DNA from: the human T2T-CHM13v2.0 reference genome, Homo sapiens
Assembly: GCF_009914755.1 (NCBI RefSeq)
Contig: NC_060934.1
DNA: 64,000 bases
Strand: one strand, 5' to 3'
The position numbers were made by a program, and so were the translations under genes. Shown piece after piece: positions 50,968-64,000 of this stretch (positions are counted from its first letter, which is position 1; each line of letters begins with the position of its first letter). Under the pieces are notes generated by a model. That model was not told where the DNA came from, did not search any database, and saw only the letters and a program-made list of their open reading frames with translations.

Positions 50968-51329
50968 ATTCTAAGCAGTAAGATCAGTCTCTTCCCGGAC
51001 CTCCCTGCAACAGCTAATCGGAAACGATTTACGTTATTCTTTTTATACTTAACAATGTTGGTTGCTTCTTCTCTGAAAGGATTATTTTGAAGATTTATTA
51101 TTCCCTCTCCTGAAGATTAGAAGTTAAGGAGAGGGCAGTTTTGTCACTTAGAGGTTAATCTTGAGAACACACAAAAAAATTGTACCACATACAGAAGCCA
51201 TCTCTCTCATGTAGGGGACGCCTTCAATTTTGTTTCAAAGTTCTCTACATTTTGTATATCTTTATGCTTCTTTATTGTTGACAAATTAAAAATCCATATT
51301 CATACAAATAAAACTATTTAAAACTATAA

Positions 51330-53001
<1,672 letters not shown>

Positions 53002-53510
53002 AGAATTTTGAAAATCCTATCAAATAACTAAATAGTCTCACTTTTATGTCTATATTTTTGACAGAATGTTAAAAGGGAATTCCACCTTTGGCTTTCTGAG
53101 GGTGCTTCTCCATTTTCTTAGACAGTGGTCTCAGTTGCTTCCTGTTATAAAATAACACTTCAGTAAATTTCTGTAGTGATTGCTCCTTCTACCTTTGCAG
53201 ACTTCTGTTGTCTAGAGGACAGATATCAAACTCAGGGAAAATGATGGAGTTAAGTGTGTATGTTTAATCTCAAGTGATAAATGTACTGTTTGCTTACTGC
53301 TGTAGGCTATAGACATCTCTTTTTATATGAAGGCAGCCAAACACATACCCAATTTAGAACAATTTTATTAATCCACTCTGTAATAGTCTAATCTCTACAA
53401 ACCTTATAAATTACAGCTTATATTGTCAGAGGAACTCGGAAATTCTTTAGGTGATAATATTTCTTTCCATGTGAAAAAGCTTGAAATAATTACAACATTA
53501 AAATTATTTT

Positions 53511-53810
53511 GGCTGGTCGCAGTGGCTCATGCCTGTTATCCCAGCACTTTGGGAAGCTGAGGTGGGTGGATCACCTGAGGTCAGGAATTTGAGACCAGCC
53601 TGGCCAATGTGGCAAAACCCTGTCTCTACTAAAAATACAAAAATTAGCTGGGCATGGTGGCACGTGCCTGTAATCTCAGCTACTTGGGAGGCTGAGACAG
53701 GAGAATTGCTTGAACTCAGGAGGCGGAGGTTGCAGTGAGCTGAGATTGCGCCACTGCCTCCAGCCTGGGTGACAGAGCAAGACTCCATTTCAAAAAAAAA
53801 AAAAAAAAAA
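53511..53810 (+). mobile_element. AluS (Sx-like)
   Basis: Full dimer with GGATCACCTGAGGTCAGG and poly-A. Confidence 0.96.
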
Positions 53811-53949
53811 TTGAGGAGAAATAGTGTATATTTCATGTCATTTCAAAGCCTTATATTTTTAATAAGTTCAGGGTTTCTTTTAATAGGTTAGATAGATCTA
53901 AATAATTCAAAAATTGGATTCACTGCTTTTGTATTTTTACAGGGTTCCC

Positions 53950-54655
53950 TGTGGCATATTATAAAAATGGCTACAGATTTATTTCACCCCTGTATGTGCA
54001 TTACTTTATATTGTGACTTTCCATTTTCCTTCCATAAAAGGGTGGAGGCTGTTTGTTGATTCTTTGGCTCAGAACATGGCATGCAAATTACTTTGGACAA
54101 TGAGGAAAATATGTCACAAGGATAAGCTTTTAAAATGCCATGCAGTGGGGCTTGCTTTTTGCTGAATGTGGAACCTCAGATACATCATAGGAATGAACAT
54201 AGGCTATCCTGTTGGAAAATTGGAAGCAATGTAGAAGAGAACTGAAGCATCTTGGCTTCTCTTGAGCTAACCAGCTAGATATGTATGTTAGACCACCCTA
54301 GACCAAAGATCAGCAAACTATGTCCCGTGAGTTGAATACAGCCCATCAGCTGCTTGTGCAAATAAAGTTTCATTGAAACACAGCCATGTGTATTTATGTA
54401 CGTATTGTCCATGGCTGCTTTTGCACTAAAGCAGCAGAGTTGAGTGGCTGCAAGGGAGACCCTATGGTCCATAAGGTCTCGTACAGGCAAGGTTTGCTGA
54501 CGTCTGCTGTAGATCTTTTAGTCTCAGGTAAGCTGGCCCAAATCAGAAGAACCATCCAGCCAGCCCACAAAATCATAAAAAATAATACATGGTTGTTGCT
54601 TAAAGCTGCTAAGTTTTGGGGCGTTTTTTTTTAATGCAGCAGAAACTGATACTAA
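53950..54655 (+). mobile_element. MLT1H-like MaLR LTR split by MER58
   Basis: TGTGGCATATTATAAAAATGGCTAC start and GCTAAGTTTTGGGG...AATGCAGCAGAAACTGATAC end. Confidence 0.7.
54304..54506 (+). mobile_element. MER58A hAT-Charlie element
   Basis: TIR-like CAAAGATCAGCAAACT / GGTTTGCTGACGTCTG, with AAATAAAGTTTCATTGAAACACAGCCA. Degenerate 8-bp TSD CCCTAGAC/CTGTAGAT. Confidence 0.85.
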
Positions 54656-56054
54656 CTGAAACTAACTGATAACTAACTCCATCCCTACCACCTCAACCCC
54701 AAGCTTTACTTTTATCTTTCTTAATAATGCCCATTCTCTGATGCTCTTAAGCTTGGAGGTTTGGCCCATAAGCTCAGTGAGTATAAGAGGTGAAATAATC
54801 TTGGAGATTATTTCTTGGCTCCAGTTTGCAGCCAAGAAAATAAAACCCAGGGAGAGTAACTTAAGGCTGCAGAGATAGTAGTCTTTGCCAACTGACTGGG
54901 AATAGGCATTTCACTTGTGCAATTCAAACCTTTCTTCCTTTCCAAGTTGATTGTAAAAATGCCTTGATTTGATTATCTGAGGAAGTGATTCAACATTCGT
55001 TTAGTTATTCTTAAGGCAACTTGATCTTCTTTTATATTATTTTTTTCTAACAGGGGCTTTGAAAATAGGGGGATGTAATGACTTGTGGTCACTGAGAATT
55101 CTGCTACAATGGTGTTTGAGAGGACTGATTTAGGGAAGTGACACTTCATCTTTAATCACATCCAAATGGGCAGCTTGGTCTAATGGCTATGTATAATTTT
55201 TTTTTTTGATTGCTTGTTTCCCAGTTTCCCTGAGTAACTCTGATAAACTTCAGATATATTATTTTATTAATTAGATAAATTCATTAACTGGTTTGCATTT
55301 ACCTTTCTCAAAAACCTTTATTTGGATTGTATGGCAGACACTTGGGGTGCAAATTGTCACAACTCTTTTGTCCACTTGATTTCAGCACTAAAGTCGTGGA
55401 CAGTTCCCTCCCCTTGTCTGCTTTCTGCACCAAGTACTCTGTAGGCATACACTGTTCTGCTTTCTTGAAACCTGGACAAGCCATTCAGCTGCAAGCAGGT
55501 GCAACCTTGAAGTTCAAAGAGAGGTCATACACTGGGGCAATCCTTCATCAACAGAGGATGTGCGTTGATGGAAACATGACCCAGAATCCCTCTACAGGGA
55601 CATTTGGAGGCTTTTTCTCCACAGTTCCTTAGAGGGTTTCCCACAGGACTCAGCTAAATGGCCACCTGCTTCATTGCACACCTTGTTAACTTGTTAACAT
55701 CTTTCTCACAGGAACGGACTCCAAGATCTTATTCAGTTATTGCATCTAACTCCATGCCCAGTGTCTTTGGATGATGTGTAATTTTTCTCCCTCAAGTATC
55801 AATCTGGTTCCCCATAGTTCACGTTTGTAGAGAAAATAGATCTTAATCTTCTTTTTCACATACACATTAATGGATTACAAACGCTAATCCATTACTATTG
55901 TCTACACATTCATAAAAGGGGAGAATGGGAAACACTTTATTTCCCTAGAAAGGAACAATGAAGACTTTTGCTAATTAAGGAATGAATCATGAAAGGCCAG
56001 AGGAAGGAGGGGTGGTTCTGGAGGAAGGAAGGAAGGATGAAAGAATGGCTAATG

Positions 56055-56096
56055 TGTAGACAGCCAGTGTAGACAACCAATGTAGACAACCAATGT
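56055..56096. repeat. 13-bp tandem repeat (TGTAGACAACCAA) x3
   Basis: Three adjacent units, the first with 2 substitutions. Confidence 0.9.
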
Positions 56097-56564
56097 TGTA
56101 TATCTGCTGGTATACCACAAAAGTATTTTCTATTTTGTTCTATTGAGATTTAAAAAATCTGATTTGTATCAAATGACTTTTCAGCATCTATCAAGGTAAT
56201 CCTGTGCTTTCTATTTTACTTATTAATACATGTATTGGTAGATATATTAATATAAAACTAGTAACAAGCTCTATTTGTTCATTATATATTATACTTTTAA
56301 TACATTTCTGATTTGATTTGTATGGTATTTATTTAGTCTGTTTGATTGTATTACATGTCAGATTAATCTGACATTTTTTGTCTGTTTGCTTATCGCCTGC
56401 TAATCTTATTTTCAAGATTGTTTTAGCTGCATAATAAGAATTAGGGTGCTTCACATTTTGTCTATTCCTGGAATATTTTAAACAGTATGGGCATTGTCTA
56501 GTTTTTGTATCTTTAAAAGAACTCAGCAGCAGTACAGTTTCATTGCAGTGGTTTTTGTAGAGGT

Positions 56565-56740
56565 TATTTTTAATAACCCAGAAATTAAGCCCAGTACCCA
56601 GCAGTGATCTTTTCTGCTCTTCTCCCTCCTCCCACACCCTACCCTTAAGTAGACCCTAATGTCTGTTTCCATCTTTGTGTTCCTACGTTCTCATCATTTA
56701 GCTGCCATTAAGTGAGAACATATGGTATTTGGTTTTCTGC
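56565..56740 (-). mobile_element. Short L1PA (13-15-like) 3'UTR fragment
   Basis: ATTAAGCCCAGTACCCAG..GATCTTTTCTGCTC..TAAGTGAGAACATATGGTATTTGGTTTTCTG. Confidence 0.75.
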
Positions 56741-56921
56741 CATTTCGTTATTTCTAACGAGATTATATCATGGTATTCTTCAGCAACTTGCTTTTGATTA
56801 TGTGGCCTTGGGTTGGCCAATTAAATCCTCCCCTCTTGGGTGTAGTATATGATTTTCCTCATTCCCTAAATGATTTCGTGATAGTCTGTTGTTGTTTAGT
56901 TTGGTTAAATGTTTTCCTTTT

Positions 56922-57937
56922 TTTAAAGTTATACTTTAAGTTCTGGGGTACATGTGCACAATGTGCAGGTTTGTTACATAGGTATACATATGCCATGGTG
57001 GTTTGCTGCACCCATCAACCCATCATCTACATTAGTTATTTCTCCTAATGCTATCCCTTGCCTACCCCCGACCCCCAACCGGCCCCCGTGTGTGATGTTC
57101 CCCTCCCTGTGTCCATGTGTTTTCATTGTTCAACTCCCACTTATGAGTGAGAACATGCAGTGTTTTGTTTTCTGTTTTTTGTGTTAGTTTGCTCAGAATA
57201 ATGGTTTCCAGCTTCAGCGATGTCCCTGCAAAGGACATGAACTCATTCTTTTTCATGACTGCATAGTATTCCGTGGTGTATATGTGCCGCGTTTTCTTTA
57301 TCCTGTCTATCATTGATGGACATTTCAGTTGGTTCCAAGTCTTTGCTATTGTGAATAGTGCCGCAGTAAACATACTTGTGCATGTGTCTTTATAGTAAAA
57401 TGATTTATAATCCTTTGGGTGTATACCTAGTAATGCGATTGCTGGGTCAAATGGTGTTTCTAGTTCTAGATCCTTGAGGAATTGTCATACTGTCTTCTAC
57501 AATGGTTGAACTTATTTACACTTCCACCCACAGAGTAAAAGCATTCCTAGTTCTCCACATCCTGTCCAGCATCTGTTTTTTTCTGACTTTTTAATGATCA
57601 CCATTCTAACTGGCATGAGTTGGTATCTCTTTGTGGTTTTGATTTGCATTTCTCTAATGACCAGTTATGATGAGCTTTTTTTCATATGTTTGTTGGCTGC
57701 ATAAATGTCTTCTTTTGAGAAGTGTCTGTTCATATCCTTTGCCCACTTTTCGACAGGGTTGTATTTTTCTTGTAAATTTGTTTAAGTTCTAAGAGCCAAA
57801 ATTAACAAATGGGATCTAATTAAACTAAAGAGCTTCTGCGCAGCAAAAGAAACTATCATCAGAGTGAACAGTCAACCTATAGAATGAGAGAAAATTTTTG
57901 CAACCTATCCATCTGACAAAGGGTTAATATCCAGAAT
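56922..57937 (-). mobile_element. L1PA (PA7/8-like) with twin-priming 5' inversion
   Basis: Antisense 56922-57790, sense 57791-57937. 14-bp TSD AAT[G/A]TTTTC[C/A]TTTT at 56908-56921 and 57935-57948. Confidence 0.95.
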
Positions 57938-58099
57938 ATTTTCATTTTAAAGGACAAATAAAGATTTCTTTCTATGACAAGTAGGATGTCAATGGAAACT
58001 TCGTGTTTGTGCTGGTACTAATTTCTAATATTTCTGTGGAATGGTCTCCCAGAAGCAGACTGGCTGGCTTAAAGTTCATTCACATATAAAGTTTTATAT

Positions 58100-61050
58100 T
58101 TCTTCCTAGCTAAATTGCCAATTTATATTATTTGTCCATTTTTTCTGTTGAGATACTTGTCTTTTTTTTATAACTTTATAGGAACTTTTGATGTAATATA
58201 GATATTATTTGCTTCATAGAGCACATATAGCTTCAGTGTTTTTGTAGATTTTAATCTTTGCTTATGGTATTTGTGTTAAACTGAATTTTAATTTTGGTGA
58301 CCTTAGTGTTTATGGTTCTCATCTTGCTTACAAAGTTCTTCACCTAAATCTTATAAATTATTACTGTATTTGTTGGAATATTTGTTTTGTATTCACTATG
58401 TTTAGTTTTAATGAGTACAGCTTATTTTTTCTCAAATAGCCAGTTGTCTGATAGCATTTACTGAATGGCTCTCTATTTCTTTATTGATAAGAATTTATAT
58501 ATCACATTCTCAATGAATATGAAAGTATAAGCGTGTGTTCATTTTTATGCTTATTTCTGAATTAACAGCAAGCCATTTTAATTACTAAGTCTTTATTGTA
58601 AGTTTTGAGATTACTTGCTTTTTTTGTTTCAAAAATGTATAGGTTTGCCTTGAGTACTTACTTTCCCTTATGAACTTTAAAATCAGTATGCTATTCCCCA
58701 GTCAAAAAATAAATATGTATTAGAAATTGGATTGAGATTGTATTTACTATAAAGATTTGGAGGATTTGTTCTAGCCATTTTCAGATTGTTATTACAGCAT
58801 AAATAGCCAGTCTCCTTGAAATGCATTAAAATATTGGTTAAAAGAAAATAACACTCTACATAAAACTAGAGTGTTATTAAAGTTTCCCTATGAATGTATG
58901 CAAACTGCAAAAGCAAAATAACCATTTAAAAAATAAATATACGGTATCTTTTTACCTTCTGCAAGATTAATTTTGATCTTGAATATTATAGAACTGATGA
59001 GGAGAATGATAATTTTAAGCTTGGCTTCATTTTGATTCCATAGTTTGGAGTTTCTACATCTGAAGACTACTGTCACAGATATATTTCTGTAAAACTGAGA
59101 ATGTAAATGAAAACTCAAAATTCCATTTCTGTGGATGCATGTCAGTATTGCTTTTTTTCTGTACTAATTAAAAATGTCAGTATATAAGGTTAGTTACATA
59201 TTATGTATCAAATTATTTTGTTGACAGTATAGACTTCTTAAGTACATATTACAATGTAATAAAGTGGATTGGCTATAATTTTTTGCCATGTACTCTATGC
59301 ATAGTTTAAAGGAAGTTATCTCTTACTTCCTAAGGTTAACTGCTATTAATATTGAATATTTTCAGATAGCTTTCTTTTAATTTACATGTGTATGCATAAT
59401 ATGTCTGTATTTCTCAAACACAGTGGTATCTGAATATATATATGGTGTGCCACCTCAATTATTTTACTTATATTTTGGGAGAATGTTTTATGTTAGAACA
59501 CATAGGTATTCCATTTTCTTTTTAACATCTAAATATAATTCCACATAGTAGATTATCATAATATATACAATTTTTTAAATTGAGTCACTTAAGTTATCTT
59601 AATTTTTATTATTATAAGCAATGCTTTCATAAATGCTTTTGTGCACATATTGAAGTATTTCTGAGGGATAAATTTATAGCAGCGACATACCTGGATCTAT
59701 GTTTGTGCACATTTTAATGTTCTCCAAAATGGTTGTGATATTTTACATTCTTGCCAGTAGTATAAAGACATGACAACAGTAAATTTTATCAGTTATTAAA
59801 ATTTATGCTAGGCTGATGATAAATTTGAATTCCTATGTTTCCTAATGATTTTATCATTTCAAATGTTTATTTGAAATTTGTATTTCTTCTGTTAATTTCT
59901 TATTCATATATCCCAGGGACATTTATATTTATTTAAAAATAATTTATAGGTATTCTCTATACAGTATAGTTAAGAGATTTTTGTGATTCAAAATTTGGCT
60001 TTTTAAAAGTCAAATTATAAATTTTTATGGTATTGGGATTTAGTTTTGTTTAAGGCCTTTCCTATCAAAATATAATTTCCTAGATTTTCTTCTAAAAGTT
60101 TATATTTTTATTGTTTACATTCAGATGTTTATTTATTATTATTTTTTTGAGTCAGGTTGTCACTGTCATTCAAGCTGCAATACAGTGGCTGCAAGATCAT
60201 GGCTCACTGCAGCCTCAAACTCCTGGGGCTCATGTAATCCTCCCACCTCAGCCTCCTGAGTAGTTAGGATTACAAGTACACGCTATCATGACTTACTAAT
60301 TAGATTTTTTTTTTTTTATTGTAGAGATAGGTTCTCACTGTGTTGCCCTGGTTGTTTCTGAACTCATGGGCTCAAGCAATCTTCCTGTCTCGGCCTCTCA
60401 AAGTACTGGGATTACAGTTGTGAGCCACCACTGCCAGCACATTTAGATCCTTAGTATGGCAGGAATTTATTTTTCTAGATGAGTGATATAGAGATCTGTC
60501 TTTAGTTTTTTAAGTATATAGCTGACTATTTTAATGCAACCCTCCCTAATTATCTGAAATGTCACTTGCTTATATATGAATTCCTTGTATGTGCATAGGT
60601 CTGTTTTGCACTGTTTAGGGTGATTTATCTACTTCACTGTTCCTTGGGGTTCCAAAACTTTCTGTTATGTTTTGGTATTTGAGTAGTCAAGTGAATAATT
60701 CTTTATTCTTTTTTATTTCTTTAAGATTTTATTGCCTATTTTGCCCATTTACTTTTTCAATTGAATGTAGAATAACTTCGGAAAGTTCTATAAAATGAAA
60801 GTTTGCATTTGATTAAAATTACATTGGTTTGATAGATTTATTTAAGAAAAATAAATAGGCTTATGGTACTTTTCCCTTCAATCCAAAACATGGTGTTCTG
60901 GTGTTCCTCTCTCTGTGTTCTGGTCTCATCTTATGCCCATGAATAAGGTTTAAATATAATAACTTTGTTTATATATCTCTTGAATATTCTCATGTTAATT
61001 CTTAAGTATTTGCTAGTTTTTGTTACTATTATAAACTGAATCTTTCTTAA
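58100..61050 (-). mobile_element. Patchy ancient L1M(E) remnants
   Basis: Scattered degenerate antisense L1 motifs (TTTGTCCATTTTTTCTGTTG, CCAGTTGTC..AGCATTTACTGAA, TATGAACTTTAAAATCAG). Boundaries uncertain. Confidence 0.45.
60128..60438 (-). mobile_element. AluJ
   Basis: CACTGCAGCCTCAAACTCCTGGG and GGGCTCAAGCAATC. TSD ACATT[C/T]AGAT. Confidence 0.93.
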
Positions 61051-61987
61051 ACTAAAAAGAGTGCTTCAGCCAAAAATTGTTGTGCACTTGCTGAAATACT
61101 CAACTGCTATTATGTCTAGTTTGCCATTCTCCAAATACATTTTAAGGTGGAAGTGGTTTTGAAAATTGTTTAAAAATCAAGGATCTAGTATTTCATTTTT
61201 CTGTCATCAAAAAATCTTGTCTGTTTGATACTTGTTTGAAACTCTCAATATATGCCATTTTCATTCCCTTTTTATTCTATCTTATTATTCTATATTCCAT
61301 GTTTTGTCTGTTATTGGCACTCATCAGAAGTCATGAACTTTCCATGCATCTATCAATTTTTCTCTATCCTTTGGGGGAAAGAAATTTATCATACAGAGTA
61401 CAGTAATTTTATTGTACTTAGGAACATCTTACTTCTTTGAATGTCTTATTAGAGCTCCAGAGTGAGAACTGTAAGAAAAATATGACTTGAATAACCATAA
61501 TTTTTCCAACCTTTTTTAGTGCCTCCTCTCAAATGTGTCACTACCAATGCAGTGTTTGTGGCATAATAGTTGTAAACAGTTGTTTATTTATAAAAACATT
61601 TTAATCCAAATTTTTTTGGCATCTTATATATCATCAATATACTTTCTATGCTGTGGTATTTCTAAAATCTTGGACATAGTTATTCTGGGCATAGTTATTT
61701 CTTGGATATGGCCTAGAAAGTAGCATTTGGATATTTCAAATCTGTTGACTAAATGGCACAAGTTAAATTGAAGCCAAGAGTTCTACTAAATTTAACCTTA
61801 ATTTTACCTAAATTTAGTATTACATCGGCTGTTATTGGCACTTAGGTTTCTTATGCCTTATAGTCTTAGCCACTAGTATATAAACACCAAAACACAATTC
61901 TTGAAGATATAAAAATGAGAACTCATGTTTTCAAGCACTTAATCAATTCGAGTTACATTTAATTCCTAATGTCCACACTATTCTGAC

Positions 61988-62288
61988 TTTTTTTTTTTTT
62001 TTTTTTTGAGAGAGAGAGTCTTTGTCACCCAGGCTGGAGTGCAGTGGCGTGATTTCGGCTCACTGCAACCTCCAGCTCCTGAGTTCAAGCGATTCTCTTG
62101 CCTCAGGCCTCCTAAGTAGCTGAGATTGCAGGTGCACACCACCATGCGCAGCTAATTTTTGTATTTTTAGTAGCGATGGGGTTTTGCCATGTTTCCCAGG
62201 CTGCTCTCCAACTCCTGACCTGAAGTGATCCACCCGCCTCAGCCTCCCAAAGTGTTGAGATTATGGGTGTGAGCCACTGCACCTGGCC
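61988..62288 (-). mobile_element. AluS
   Basis: Full dimer with poly-T. TTCTGAC on both flanks. Confidence 0.96.
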
Positions 62289-63279
62289 TATTTTCTGACA
62301 TTCTAAGTGCAGTACAATGTAGAGTCTTTAAAAGTGTGGATAATGCATTTCCATTTTTAGTTGTTAAGGAACACCCATAGTGAAAGGGTAGTTTCCCTCA
62401 ATTATGAAACATTAGGTTGTGATGTTATATGCAGAAATTTTATTTAATGATAAACATAACAGCTTGGGATTTGACATGGTGACAATGGCTAGAAAAGTGC
62501 AGCTTAAGTGCTTTTCAAGCTGTGCTCGCTTCATTCATGCAGAATTGCTGTCTTTGCTGACTTCTGGTTTCTTGCTTAGGCGCTGACAAGAGAAAGTATC
62601 TGTCTGTAGTTTCTAATGCTAGTGTTAGTCTAATCATAAAGCCAGCACACCTTTGTCTCATATAACACAAAGTTATTAATCAGCTCCCCAGTGTCTCTTG
62701 TAGAAAGAATAAGAGGAAGTATTTTAAAAATACATATTCTATAAATATATTCTTATTGCCCATTCTTAGAGTTTTCATTTGTTGAGCATCAGTGTACCAG
62801 GTAATTTACAGACTTCTACAATCTTCATAATTATGGTGTAGGATAAATTTTTTTCCCTAGTTTACAGAAATGACTATTTTTTGTAGTTGTATGTGAAAAT
62901 TATAGAACAGTTTTGGGGATCTGCACAATGTTATGTTCTCACACAGAGAATTTGCCTTTGTTTCTTGTATGCAGGTAATTTGAAGAAGAACAATTCAATC
63001 TCTTTGGGAATTAAGTTGATTTGCAGCTCTATTTAAGTTTCTAGAAGAGCTGTTCTATATCTAGTTGCCCTTTCTCCAATAGCATAGCCCTTCATGAGTC
63101 CCAGCTGAAAGCTAGGAGTGTTTACTAAGCTCCTTCCCTCTCCAATTTTTGTTTTCTCAGTCTCATGAACCACTGAACTCCCTGCTGAACTCTGCTCACC
63201 TTTTCAGCCTTTGAGTTGCTGCTTCCTGTGTGGCTTTTTAGTCTGTCAGCCAGCACTTTAAAAAAAAATCTATGTGTAT

Positions 63280-63983
63280 AAATAAAACTACCATGTGACC
63301 CAGCAATCCCACTACTGGATATTTGTCCAGAGCAAAGGAAATCAGTATATCAGAGATATTTGCACCCCTGTGTTTACTGCAGCACTATTCACAATAGTCA
63401 AGATTTGAAATCAACCCAGGTATACAATATCAGATTAATGGGTAAAGAAAATATAACATATATACACAGTGGAATACCATTCAGCTATAAAAAGAATGGA
63501 ATCCTGTCATTCCTGTCATCCCTGCTAACATGGATGGAATTGGAGGACATTACGTTGAGTGACATAAGCCAATCATGGAAAGATAAATACAGCATGTTCT
63601 CACTCATATGTGAAAGCTAAGAAAGTTGATCTCATGGAAGTAAAAAGTAGCACAGCGATATTAGAGGCTGGGAAGTGAGAGGGGAGAGGGGACATAGGGA
63701 GAGATTTGTTAAAGGAGACAAAATTACAGCTAGTTAGGAGGAATAAGTTCTAGTGTTCCATAACACTGAAGGATGGCTGTAGTTAATAACATATATTTTT
63801 TCAAATAGCTAGAAGAGGCTATTGGATGTTCCCAAAGCAAAGAAATAGTAAATATTTGAATGATGGTTATGCCAGTTACCCTGATTTGATCGCTATACAT
63901 TTTATGTATCAAAAATACACTATGTATGCCATAAATGTGTACCATTATTATGTGTCAATTAAAAAATAGAATTTTTTAAAAAA
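63280..63983 (+). mobile_element. L1MA-like 3' end
   Basis: CCCAGCAATCCCACTACTGG, TTGATCTCATGGAAGTA, TACAGCTAGTTAGGAGGAATAAGTTCTAG, TTATGTGTCAATTAAAAA. Confidence 0.9.
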
Positions 63984-64000
63984 GTCAATGACTTGAGGAA

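Overview
Primate (catarrhine, human-like) genomic DNA, AT-rich and dominated by interspersed repeats: about 17 Alu/FLAM/FRAM copies, L1s of many ages (one near full-length, two with 5' inversions), MaLR/ERV solo LTRs (THE1/MST, MLT1, MLT2, MER50, MER11), hAT DNA transposon relics, MIR and L2. No intact cellular protein-coding ORF is supported; the ORF track is mostly repeat-derived or chance. The window reads as the interior of a large + strand transcription unit with two small candidate exons: 8091-8143 (53 nt, with an ATG) and a 20-nt microexon at 35588-35607 with a perfect TACTAAC branch point and AAG|GTAAGT donor. I could not identify the host gene. The most unusual signal is a recurring set of apparent template-switch scars. 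These are a 93-bp insertion copied from 3.4 kb away with fold-back fillers (46805-46928), an 87-bp inverted copy dropped into a (TA)n tract (13097-13183), and several short forward-inverted-forward duplications, one of which contains a perfect palindromic NF-kB site. I see no clear evidence for a wholly new biological system. Repeat subfamily names come from memory of consensus sequences and need RepeatMasker/Dfam confirmation.
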